From assembly GCA_007118795.1 (NCBI GenBank), contig SKQX01000195.1:1-38403 (forward strand): 38,403 nucleotides of DNA. Reading direction: 5' to 3'. How positions within the stretch are numbered: the first letter of the stretch is position 1; each line of letters begins with the position of its first letter. This stretch comes from Thermoflexales bacterium. Its GTDB lineage: Bacteria > Chloroflexota > Anaerolineae > B4-G1. Of this stretch, positions 1 to 8,038 are shown piece after piece. The position numbers were made by a program, and so were the translations under genes. The notes beneath the pieces were generated by a model. The model worked only from the letters and a program-made list of their open reading frames with translations, did not search any database and was not told where the DNA came from.

Positions 1-1299
1 GATGAGTTCGGTTCCCGGCGCATACGACGGCGCCGACCACATGCCGGCCTCCCGGCTGAGTTTCGCGCTGATGGATCCGTCGACGGCAAGCACCCAGAGG
101 TCGAAGACCGGACTATCCTCAGCAGGCTCTCCTGACAGAGCAGGTCCGTGGAGCGTGGTGACTATGAACTCCCCCTGGGGCGACCAATCGACGCTCGGAG
201 TCCAGACCCAGGGTCCATAGGTCCGGTAGGGGGCAAAACGGGCCAAGAACAGGTCTTGCCCGCTGTCAGCGCGGACTACTCCCACTCCATCCGGCCGCCC
301 GTAGGCCAGGCTCTGCCCATCGGGAGACCAGGCGTAGGTGGTGGGCCACCACCCATAGGATCCGCCGCCGGAAGGTTCCAGAATCCGCCGCTTAGCGACC
401 AACTCCCCCGTCTTGGGGCGCAGTCGGGCGATCCAGAGATCATTATTGGCCTGCCAACCAGGGTTGCCAGGAGCCTTCGAACCGGTGCTGAAGGCGATCC
501 GGCACCCGCTGCCCGCCGGTTCGACAGTGCAGTTGGGTTCCCATCCCGCCCAAAGGACACTACCAACTTCCAGCCTGACGGGCTCGGCGGCAGCCAGAGC
601 GGTGTTGACGACCCAAATCGTGTTGAGCGCGCGGTCGTGCTCAGTCTCCGTCGGGGCCCGAGTGAATAGAAGATGAGACCCATCGGCAGAAAGAGCGAAG
701 ACACGTCCGTCCAGATCCCCTTCGTTGGTCAGTCGTCGCTGGTTGACACTCGCGGCACGTATCACCCAAGCATTTCCACTGGCAACGTAAGCCACGGTGC
801 CGGTGATAGCAACCGGCTTCTCATCCCGCCAAGCTCCAGTCAGGATGATCTCCGTACGCGGCTCCTCCACTGTGACCTGCCGCACCAATCGTCGATCCAC
901 CTCAACACCATCCTTGGACGTTGTCTGGTAGGTCAGCTCCTCCCAGCCGATTCGACCGGGTTCCAGAAGGTGGGCGTCGCCGCGGGGGATCGATGGATCG
1001 CGAACCATCCGCCGGTCAAAGGGGAGCTGACGTCTCTCCACCTTGGTGCGGGTTTCGACCCGGGTGACGCGGATGACCATGCCTTCTCCAACGACTGTTG
1101 GCTCCGGCGGTGCGACCCAGTCCTCAGCCCCAAGGGTGATATCAGCCTCCAGGAGTAAGTCCCGGACGGTGGCAGCCTCCGTGGTGATCTCACGGGTCTC
1201 GCCATCGGCAACCAGGGTAACGGTGTGGCCAGCAGTGTCGAGGGCACAGGCCACCAGACAGCAGAGGAGCAAGAGGAGGCAAACCCAGCGCGTCGTCAT
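1..1299 (-). CDS. Secreted lipoprotein with DUF348-like and G5-like domains followed by TolB/PD40-type beta-propeller repeats; the 3' end runs off the window (partial)
   Basis: My own translation of the minus strand from the ATG at 1299-1297 stays open to base 1 (433 codons, no stop). That explains its absence from the supplied track. The N-terminus MTTRWVCLLLLLCCLVAC is a signal peptide with a lipobox. VTLVADGETREITTEAATVRDLLLEADITLG resembles DUF348. VERRQLPFDRRMVRDPSIPRGDAHLLEPGRIGWEELTY resembles G5. Later LSADGSHLLF, YAWSPDGQSLAY and VDWSPQGEF look like PD40 blades. It replaces the short overlapping track ORFs between 2 and 1459. Confidence 0.7.
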   Translation of the reverse strand, partial: MTTRWVCLLLLLCCLVACALDTAGHTVTLVADGETREITTEAATVRDLLLEADITLGAEDWVAPPEPTVVGEGMVIRVTRVETRTKVERRQLPFDRRMVRDPSIPRGDAHLLEPGRIGWEELTYQTTSKDGVEVDRRLVRQVTVEEPRTEIILTGAWRDEKPVAITGTVAYVASGNAWVIRAASVNQRRLTNEGDLDGRVFALSADGSHLLFTRAPTETEHDRALNTIWVVNTALAAAEPVRLEVGSVLWAGWEPNCTVEPAGSGCRIAFSTGSKAPGNPGWQANNDLWIARLRPKTGELVAKRRILEPSGGGSYGWWPTTYAWSPDGQSLAYGRPDGVGVVRADSGQDLFLARFAPYRTYGPWVWTPSVDWSPQGEFIVTTLHGPALSGEPAEDSPVFDLWVLAVDGSISAKLSREAGMWSAPSYAPGTELI

Positions 1300-1460
1300 G
1301 GGGGCGATTATACCATCGGCGAGTGCGCGGGGCAACGGGGATCGGACGAGGGAAGATAGGCCAGCCGTGGAGATCGAGAGAACGACAGTGACTGCGCGGG
1401 CGGTTTGGTCTCCGCGCTTGCCCTGAACCCCATCCGGGACTAACATGGGTTGGCGACACA

Positions 1461-1494
1461 AGGTGTGGAATCTACCAGGTGTGGAATCTACCAG
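1461..1494. repeat. Tandem direct repeat, 2.1 copies of the 16-mer AGGTGTGGAATCTACC
   Basis: Read directly: 1461-1476 and 1477-1492 are identical, followed by a partial AG. It lies in the divergent intergenic region between the lipoprotein start (1299) and the peptidase start (1512). Confidence 0.95.
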
Positions 1495-1511
1495 ACAGGC
1501 GGGAGGACGTC

Positions 1512-2609
1512 ATGAATCTAGATCGCTGTCAACGACTTGTTGAGCATATGAGGGCTCAGAACCTGGACGCTGTGGCACTCGTCCCGGGACCCAACCTGGT
1601 CTACATTACGGGGCTATCGTTCCATCTGAGTGAACGTCCCATCGTCGCGTTGTTTACGGCCGACGGACGGCCTGCGATCATCCTGCCTAAACTGGAAGCC
1701 GTGAGAGTCGTAGACAAGAGAATCGAGCTGTTTTCCTACAGCGATGAGGCGGGTCCAGGATCCGCGTTTCGCAACGCGGTGGATGCAATGGATCTGCGCG
1801 GAGCGAGGATCGGAGCGGAGAGCCTGCGAATGCGCTTGATGGAGCTCCAGCTCCTGGATCAACACGCACCTGGCTCCGAGTTGGTGTCGGCAGGGGAGGC
1901 CCTGGTTGACCTGCGATTGCGAAAGGACGGGAACGAGCTGGACCACATGCGGTCTGCGGCTGCAATCACAGATGAAGCGTTGAGGACGACGATGGAGCAT
2001 GTCGAGGCGGAGATGAGTGAGCGCGAGATCGCGTCGCTGCTCAAGATTGAACTCCTGCGCGCTGGCGCCCACGGCATGGCATTCTCTCCAATCGTGCTGA
2101 CAGGTCCCCACTCCGCCCTACCTCACAACACGCCCAGCGATCGTCGGATACGAGCAGGTGACCCGTTCATCGTAGACTTTGGCGCCAGCGTCGAGGGCTA
2201 CGCGGCGGACCTGACCCGCACCTTCTTCGTCGAGGAGCCCAGCAGCGAATGGTCTCGTATCTACGAGGTGGTACGAGCTGCGAACGCGGCCGGTCAGGCG
2301 GCGGTGCGCAGGGGCGTGACCGCCGAGGCCGTCGACCGGGCTGCCCGCGACATCATAGAAGAAGCCGGGTATGGGGAGTACTTCATTCACCGGACGGGGC
2401 ACGGCCTGGGGTTGGAGACGCACGAGCCCCCCTATGTGATCGCCGGGAATCGACAACGCCTGGAGCCTGGCATGGTCTTCACTGTTGAGCCGGGCATCTA
2501 TCTGCCCGGGCAGGGTGGAGTACGCATTGAGGACGATATCCTGGTGACCGCCGATGGCCCGGAGGTCTTGACCAGTTTTCCCCGGGACCTAACAGCGATC
2601 CGGCTGTAA
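1512..2609 (+). CDS. M24 family Xaa-Pro aminopeptidase/dipeptidase
   Basis: Track ORF 1479..2609. It has the creatinase-like N-domain and the M24B metal-ligand context (DFGASVEGYAADLTRTF, HRTGHGLGLETHEPPY, VFTVEPGIY, IRIEDDILVT). I prefer the ATG at 1512 because GGGAGGA (1501-1507) sits 4 nt upstream, whereas the GTG at 1479 lies inside the tandem repeat. Confidence 0.9.
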   Translation: MNLDRCQRLVEHMRAQNLDAVALVPGPNLVYITGLSFHLSERPIVALFTADGRPAIILPKLEAVRVVDKRIELFSYSDEAGPGSAFRNAVDAMDLRGARIGAESLRMRLMELQLLDQHAPGSELVSAGEALVDLRLRKDGNELDHMRSAAAITDEALRTTMEHVEAEMSEREIASLLKIELLRAGAHGMAFSPIVLTGPHSALPHNTPSDRRIRAGDPFIVDFGASVEGYAADLTRTFFVEEPSSEWSRIYEVVRAANAAGQAAVRRGVTAEAVDRAARDIIEEAGYGEYFIHRTGHGLGLETHEPPYVIAGNRQRLEPGMVFTVEPGIYLPGQGGVRIEDDILVTADGPEVLTSFPRDLTAIRL

Positions 2610-2763
2610 GGTCTTGAGTCCTAAATGCCACCGCCTGGTGTCCCGCGTTATCTAGAGGCACCTGGTGGAGTCAATGGTACGATTTAGCAGTCGGCCTACG
2701 CCGGGCGCAGTGGGGCAAGAGAGAACCTTTCCCCTCATACCACAAAGTCTGCCTCACGTTAGA

Positions 2764-2791
2764 TTGTCAACAGCCGAGGATGTGCTAGAAT
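2764..2791 (+). promoter_or_regulatory. Sigma70-type promoter TTGTCA-N16-TAGAAT
   Basis: TTGTCA is at 2764-2769 and TAGAAT at 2786-2791. The SD GGGAGG is at 2799-2804 and the ATG at 2810. Sequence match only. Confidence 0.4.
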
Positions 2792-2809
2792 TGCTTTCGG
2801 GAGGTTACT

Positions 2810-3187
2810 ATGGGGACGACTGAAGAGAGAATGGAAATCCTGAAGATGATCCAGAAGGGTCAGATAAGTGCGGAAGAAGGAGCGACCCTTCTGGGAGCGC
2901 TGGTCAGGGAGAAAGAACCCAGCCCCCGACCCACATCTCCGACACCCAGGCCACAGCCGCGCCGATTGCGCATACGCGTCTCGGACTTGGAGACGGGCCG
3001 GCACAAGGTGAACATCAACTTACCCTGGAACCTGATCAACGTCGGGATGCACATGGGCGCACGGTTTGCCCCAGAGGAGATAGACCTGGAAGAGGTCATG
3101 CAGGCGCTTCAGGCCGGCACCGAAGGTAAGATCGTCGACGTTGAAGACACTGAAGACAAGGAGAGGGTGGAGATCTTCGTCGAGTGA
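2810..3187 (+). CDS. Small protein with a SHOCT-like / LiaX-YvlB N-terminal helix, a Pro-rich linker and a conserved acidic C-terminal domain
   Basis: The N-terminus EERMEILKMIQKGQISAEEGATLLGAL matches the LiaX/YvlB-type SHOCT-like motif. The C-terminus is RIRVSDLETGRHKVNINLPWNLINVG...GKIVDVEDTEDKERVEIFVE. It has a good SD and promoter. Confidence 0.7.
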   Translation: MGTTEERMEILKMIQKGQISAEEGATLLGALVREKEPSPRPTSPTPRPQPRRLRIRVSDLETGRHKVNINLPWNLINVGMHMGARFAPEEIDLEEVMQALQAGTEGKIVDVEDTEDKERVEIFVE

Positions 3188-3193
3188 TGCCGT

Positions 3194-3230
3194 GCTGCCG
3201 GCTACTGTGAGATCACGCCGGCGCGGCAGC
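3194..3230. terminator. GC-rich hairpin between convergent genes (possible bidirectional terminator)
   Basis: GCTGCCGGC (3194-3202) pairs with GCCGGCGCGGCAGC (3217-3230). GCCGGC/GCCGGC and GCTGCCG/CGGCAGC are complementary. There is no clear U-tract. Confidence 0.3.
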
Positions 3231-3232
3231 CT

Positions 3233-6200
3233 TCACGGTTCTTGTCGGGCGACTACCATCAACGTGACGTCGTCGGACGCAGGATTGTCGCCGACAAAGG
3301 CATCGAGGCTATGGAGAACAGCCCTTAGGCTCTCGCTGGCGGATGCATCGCGATCCAGCGTTTGAATGACATCTCGAAGTCGATCCTCCCCGTAGAAGGT
3401 CCCCGCGGGAGATAGGGCCTCTGTAACACCGTCGGTGTAGAGGATCATGCTGTCCCCCGGCTCTAGCACAGTCTCGTGCGCTCCGTACCGCACGTTCTCC
3501 AGAACACCGAGGGCTATCTGGCCCTTCGGGAGTTCCTCGAGCTTCTGCGTCCCGTCTCGCCGAATGAGCGGCGGATGATGTCCCGCGCTGGCATACTCCA
3601 GCTGGCCGGTTTCCAGCGACAAGATTCCATAGAGGGCCGTGACGAACATGCCGTGTCGGGCATCGGGCACGAGTAGTTCATTAACACGCGTCAGAACATC
3701 TGCCGGCGAGCGCCCCTCCGCTGCAGCAGCCCGCATCAAGGTTCGGGTGAGCGCCATGAACAAGGCGGCTCCGATGCCCTTGTCGGCTACGTCGGCGATG
3801 ACCAGGCCGAGCCGGTCCTGGGGAAGCTCAAAGACGTCATAGAAATCACCAGCCACCTCCCGCGCTGCTCGCCAAGTTGACGCCAGCCCCCAGCCCGGAG
3901 GATCCGGCAGGTGCTCTGGCATGAAGGCCTCTTGAATACCCCGAGCCAGCTGCAGTTCTCGCTCCAAGCGTTCTCTTTGGGCCATCTCTTGTTGTAGGAG
4001 GTCGTTCTGAACAGCGAGGGCGGCTTGCTGGGCGATACCGGTGATGATCTCACGCCTCCGCTCATCGAGGCCGACAGGCCGGTCCATTTCTCCGATGAGC
4101 ATCACGCCGAGCACATTGCCCTTCACCGAGAGCGGAGCACCCACGAGCACGCCCACTCCATCCATCCTCTGCTCTGACAGTTCTGCCAACCATTGCTCGG
4201 GAACAAGCAGCTGTATCTCCTCAAGCCCGTGGAGGACGATCAGCTGGTTGCCATCCCGCACGCCGTCAAGGAGCGGAAATTCGCCGAGTGCAAAGATGTG
4301 TCCGGACGGGGGGCCCCCGTACGCCTGCATGGTTTCGAACACTTGTTCCTCGTCGCTCCAGAGAAGAATGGTACACCATTCGACTCCGACCAGCATGGGA
4401 GTAATGCGGACTATGGCTCCCAGTATGGCGTCCAGCTCATTGAGACTGACGACCGCCTGGGCAACCTGAAGCAGTGCGGCGGAGACGTACGCCTCCTCCT
4501 GGCGGGCCTCCAGGAGCCGAGCGTTCTCGGCGGCCGCCGCAGCCTGGTATGCCACGCCGCGCATGATGGCTAGCCGTTCCTGGTGCATGGCCTCGGGCTC
4601 GCGGATGTACTCCTCGCTCTGTTGGTCGACAAGCATTGCCCCCAACACGTCGCCGTGGGCCATAAGGGGCAAGAGCAGTGGGGAATCAAAGGAGCGCAAA
4701 GGGGCTGGCAGCGAGTCCGAGTCCGGACCCGTCCGAATCTCGAGCAACACGGCGTCATCGAGGACGAGGAGTTCGTCGAACTGAGCTATCTCGCCCGGTC
4801 TGATCTCGATCTGATCGAAGATCTGTCGCTCATCGTGGTCGAGTCCGCAGGCAGCCGCGGGTAAGAAAGCGTCACTCGGCTCGTCCCAGAGGAATAGCGC
4901 ACAGCGCTGGACCCCGACCAGCATGGGCATCAGGTGGACCACCGTGTCGAGCACCTCCTCCAGGGTCCCCAACGATTGCGTCGCCTCGGCCACCTGGAGC
5001 AGCACAGTGGATACATATGCCTGCTCTTGAGCCGCCTGCAAGAGACGTGTGTTCTCAATAGCGACCGCGGCGTAACTGGCGAAGGTGGCGGTCATGGCCC
5101 TGGATTCTCGCCCGTACTGATCGGGCATCCTGTGAGCGAGCATCAGTAGACCCAGTGGACGATCTCCTGCACGCAAAGGAGCCGCGATAGCCGAGTACTC
5201 AGGCTCAAAACCGAGGGCTTCCCCGAGGGGCTCAACAAGACCCGCTGACTCCCGCACAACAGGTCCCTCAGCGTACAGAGCTTGACGCAGCCAGGCATCG
5301 GCATCGAGCAGCGACGGATCTACACACATCCACTCCGTGGTGCCGTGGACCGCAGAGAGGCAAAGCACGTCTTCTTGCATCAGCCAGATGGCCGAGGCAT
5401 CGCAAGGCACGAGCTTCTCCAGCGCCGATAGAATCTCGTCGAGGACCTCATCGAGCTCAATGCCAGCCGAGAGGAGCAAGGCCACGTCGCGCATGCGGTC
5501 AGCGACTTGTCGGCGCCATCGCTCCGATTGGTAAAGATTTGCGTTGCGGATGGCAATGGCGATGCTGTCCGCCAGTGCCTCGAACACAAAACGATCCTCC
5601 TGAGTGAAAGCGTTCGGCTGGTCGCTCTGGACATCAAGTACACCCAACACATCCCCGCCAAAGACGAGGGGTACCGCAAGTTGGGCACGGGCATCGGCGA
5701 CGGGAGCTGCTAGAGGCCGATAGCGGGGATCCGACTGAACGTCATTGGAGAGCAGTGTCTCGCCGTGGCATGCCACCCAGGCCACAACACCTTCCGTGTC
5801 GGACAGGTCACAGACTGGCTCGACGACATCAAACTCGGCTGGATCGCGGGGAGGCCATCCTGTGCGGTACAACACCTTTTGCTCCACGGGATCCAGGGTA
5901 TGAAGATGGACGTAGGGGTAACCGAACTGCTGATGGATAAGAGCGGCAACCCTGCGCAATAACTCGTCCAGATCGAGGACAGAAGCCACGGCGCGACCAA
6001 CCTCGGCGACGGCAGAGAGCTGATCAGCACGACGGCGCAGATCGGTGTACAGGCGAGCGCCCTCGACAGCGATGGCAATTTGGTCCGCCAGGGCGCGGAG
6101 GACCAGCAGATCTGTCTCATCGAAACGCTCCGACTGATCACTCTGCACATCGAGGACACCCAGGACTCGTTCCTTGATCTTGAGCGGCAGTGCTGCCTCG

Positions 6201-6988
6201 GATTTGGTCTCGGGAAGCACGTCGACGTGGCGGTAGTGAGGCTCGTGGCTCACGTTGCCCGCGATGATCTCCTCCCCCGTCTCCGCTACCTGCCCGACGA
6301 TTCCCTGACCTAGCCGGACTGACGGCCTCGGAGCCTGGCTGTCGCCGCCCTCCTGGACGAAGAGGGACGGTCCAGCACTTCCTCGACACACCAAGTTCTC
6401 CTGGTCGGGCTCCAGAGTGAACAGAGCAGCATAGTAATATCGGAAGGTTCGAAGGACAAGGCGTGTAACCCGTAGGGCGAGCTCGTCCAGATCGAGCAAG
6501 GTCGCCACCTCGGCGCTGACCGAGCGGACCAGAGAGAGCTGGTCCACCCGCCAGCGTTCAACGGCCACCTTCCGACCAGCCTCCAGAGCCGTTCCAGCCT
6601 GGGCCGCGAGACCCAGCAGCAGCGCTTGTTCATCTTCAGTGAAAGGGGGACCCTGGGTACGTCTCGCTTCCAGGACGCCGAGAGAGAGAGCGGGAGTTCG
6701 AAGAGGCAGTGCGATGACCGTCGGCTCAATGAAGGCGCCGTCCTGCTCCAGGGCACGATGCATGGCCGCCGAGAGAGGCGCAGAGGGGATTCCCACTCTC
6801 TCTGGTTCGGACACGCCCAGCGCCGCTGCATTAAGCCAGAGCGTGGCTTCGGCTTCAACCAGATCTGTAGTGGCCTCCAGAATCAGATCTTGCTGAGACG
6901 ATAGCCCAGGTTGGGCCATCAGCTCGTGACCTAGCTCGATAAGGCGGCGCCAATCGTTTCGTACAGAGGACTTAACCGTAGGGTTCAT
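3233..6988 (-). CDS. Six-GAF-domain sensor fused to a C-terminal PP2C/SpoIIE serine phosphatase (RsbU/RsbP-like)
   Basis: The protein is 1251 aa. Six GAF-like modules each end in a characteristic helix: AAQAGTALEAGRKV, ADQIAIAVEGARLY, ADSIAIAIRNANLY, ASYAAVAIENTRLL, AYQAAAAAENARLL, AQQAALAVQNDLLQ. The C-terminus has PP2C motifs: GDFYDVF, LVIADVADKGIGAALFM, ASAGHHPP, LYTDGVTEA, DDVTLMVV. Confidence 0.9.
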   Translation of the reverse strand: MNPTVKSSVRNDWRRLIELGHELMAQPGLSSQQDLILEATTDLVEAEATLWLNAAALGVSEPERVGIPSAPLSAAMHRALEQDGAFIEPTVIALPLRTPALSLGVLEARRTQGPPFTEDEQALLLGLAAQAGTALEAGRKVAVERWRVDQLSLVRSVSAEVATLLDLDELALRVTRLVLRTFRYYYAALFTLEPDQENLVCRGSAGPSLFVQEGGDSQAPRPSVRLGQGIVGQVAETGEEIIAGNVSHEPHYRHVDVLPETKSEAALPLKIKERVLGVLDVQSDQSERFDETDLLVLRALADQIAIAVEGARLYTDLRRRADQLSAVAEVGRAVASVLDLDELLRRVAALIHQQFGYPYVHLHTLDPVEQKVLYRTGWPPRDPAEFDVVEPVCDLSDTEGVVAWVACHGETLLSNDVQSDPRYRPLAAPVADARAQLAVPLVFGGDVLGVLDVQSDQPNAFTQEDRFVFEALADSIAIAIRNANLYQSERWRRQVADRMRDVALLLSAGIELDEVLDEILSALEKLVPCDASAIWLMQEDVLCLSAVHGTTEWMCVDPSLLDADAWLRQALYAEGPVVRESAGLVEPLGEALGFEPEYSAIAAPLRAGDRPLGLLMLAHRMPDQYGRESRAMTATFASYAAVAIENTRLLQAAQEQAYVSTVLLQVAEATQSLGTLEEVLDTVVHLMPMLVGVQRCALFLWDEPSDAFLPAAACGLDHDERQIFDQIEIRPGEIAQFDELLVLDDAVLLEIRTGPDSDSLPAPLRSFDSPLLLPLMAHGDVLGAMLVDQQSEEYIREPEAMHQERLAIMRGVAYQAAAAAENARLLEARQEEAYVSAALLQVAQAVVSLNELDAILGAIVRITPMLVGVEWCTILLWSDEEQVFETMQAYGGPPSGHIFALGEFPLLDGVRDGNQLIVLHGLEEIQLLVPEQWLAELSEQRMDGVGVLVGAPLSVKGNVLGVMLIGEMDRPVGLDERRREIITGIAQQAALAVQNDLLQQEMAQRERLERELQLARGIQEAFMPEHLPDPPGWGLASTWRAAREVAGDFYDVFELPQDRLGLVIADVADKGIGAALFMALTRTLMRAAAAEGRSPADVLTRVNELLVPDARHGMFVTALYGILSLETGQLEYASAGHHPPLIRRDGTQKLEELPKGQIALGVLENVRYGAHETVLEPGDSMILYTDGVTEALSPAGTFYGEDRLRDVIQTLDRDASASESLRAVLHSLDAFVGDNPASDDVTLMVVARQEP

Positions 6989-7074
6989 GCGCGATCGTCG
7001 CAGCGGTTCTAGTTCTGAGTCATCGATCGCTATTGGAGTTGCTCGTGTGGCGACCGATTAGTGAGGGAGGGGTA

Positions 7075-7530
7075 TCAACTGCCGGTCTCCTTGTGCTTCA
7101 CCAGGGTCAACACATTACCGCCCCCCGGCTCGAAGTCGAATTGGACCTCATCCATAATCTTCCGGATAAGATGGAGGCCCAATCCCCCCCCGTTTCTGTC
7201 TCGGAGATCGGCACTAAGGTTTGGCTCGGGCACCGACTGCGGATCGAACCGGTCACCATGATCCCGGAGAACGACAGTCATGAGGTCGTCCTGGACGTGA
7301 TACGTACATTCGATGGTACCGGACCCTTCACCGCCGTAGGCGTGCTCGATGATATTGGAGCAAGCCTCGTCTACGGCCAATCGCACCTGATAGGCAGTGC
7401 AATCATCAAAGCTCGCCTGGTCAGCTGCCCCAGCCACGAACTCATCGATGGCGGCCAGGCTCTCGTACTGAGCAACGAAAACCCGTGTCTCTGTCCTGTC
7501 CATCTGAACGACCGGAGTGTCTGAAATCAA
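7075..7530 (-). CDS. Partner-switching serine kinase / anti-sigma-type HATPase_c protein (RsbW/SpoIIAB-like)
   Basis: It has the N-box VDEACSNIIEHAY and the G-box GGGLGLHLIRKIMDEV. The start is uncertain: TTG at 7530 or ATG at 7503. Neither has a clear SD. Confidence 0.85.
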   Translation of the reverse strand: MISDTPVVQMDRTETRVFVAQYESLAAIDEFVAGAADQASFDDCTAYQVRLAVDEACSNIIEHAYGGEGSGTIECTYHVQDDLMTVVLRDHGDRFDPQSVPEPNLSADLRDRNGGGLGLHLIRKIMDEVQFDFEPGGGNVLTLVKHKETGS

Positions 7531-7580
7531 GTCTGAACCGATCTTAGTCTATCTAGCCGGCGCCACGGCGGGCCGCGACG

Positions 7581-7916
7581 CTAGAAGCTCCCCACGGCCT
7601 CCATTGTGTCATCGTAGAAGCTAAAAAGAGGCACAAAACCAGCCAGATCGAAGGATTTCCAGATGGGCTCGGGAACGTTCGCCAAGGCCAACTCCCCACG
7701 GTTCAAGCGCTGGCAAGTCTTCTGAGTGTCGATCAAGACCCTTAAGCCCGCACTGGATATGAAGTCAGTGTCACTCAAATCTAAGACGATGTTATATTGC
7801 CCTTGCTCCATGAGATCGTCTAGGACTGCTGCCAACTGTGGTGCCGTAGCGCTGTCGACGCGTCCTGAGACCTCGACGACGGTACTCCGCTTGAACTCCC
7901 TCGTGGCAATCTCCAT
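7581..7916 (-). CDS. STAS-domain anti-anti-sigma factor (RsbV/SpoIIAA-like)
   Basis: The sequence VVEVSGRVDSATAPQL...IVLDLSDTDFISSAGLRVL carries the conserved phosphorylatable Ser context DFISSAGL. The SD GGAGG (complement of 7922-7926) is 5 nt from the ATG. Confidence 0.9.
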   Translation of the reverse strand: MEIATREFKRSTVVEVSGRVDSATAPQLAAVLDDLMEQGQYNIVLDLSDTDFISSAGLRVLIDTQKTCQRLNRGELALANVPEPIWKSFDLAGFVPLFSFYDDTMEAVGSF

Positions 7917-7957
7917 GTCAACCTCCTTATCACGCCGAATGAGCTCGAGGAACGGAG

Positions 7958-7986
7958 ATTATACCACGATGCCAGATGCGGAACAA
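7958..7986 (-). promoter_or_regulatory. Promoter of the STAS-kinase-phosphatase operon, TTGTTC-N17-TATAAT on the minus strand
   Basis: Plus-strand ATTATA at 7958-7963 is minus-strand TATAAT. Plus-strand GAACAA at 7981-7986 is minus-strand TTGTTC. The spacer is 17 nt. Confidence 0.4.
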
Positions 7987-8003
7987 GAAGACCTCCGACT
8001 GGG

Positions 8004-8032
8004 TTGAAGAATCATGGGGTCTCCAGTAGAAT
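8004..8032 (+). promoter_or_regulatory. Sigma70-type promoter TTGAAG-N17-TAGAAT, back to back with the STAS operon promoter
   Basis: TTGAAG is at 8004-8009 and TAGAAT at 8027-8032. The predicted transcription start is near A8039. The first usable start codon with an SD is 520 nt downstream, at 8563. Confidence 0.45.
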
Positions 8033-8038
8033 GGACGT

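Noticed and set aside
148-1459. Track ORFs 148..669, 276..704, 413..676, 673..1158, 933..1247, 1043..1426 and 1190..1459.
   Set aside because: All are short, mutually overlapping and Arg/Ser/Pro-rich. They are superseded by one continuous 433-codon minus-strand frame with recognisable domains.
3476-6904. Many 60-180-aa ORFs on both strands inside the multi-GAF phosphatase gene (for example 6310..6858, 5710..6159, 4041..4469). The same applies inside kbl (9593..10195), GH36 (12535..13224), ftsK (22603..23229), dnaE2 (28285..28785) and hypE (37362..37841).
   Set aside because: They are shadow ORFs of long, motif-rich genes. They are low-complexity and Arg/Pro/Ser-rich, with no SD sequences or family signatures.
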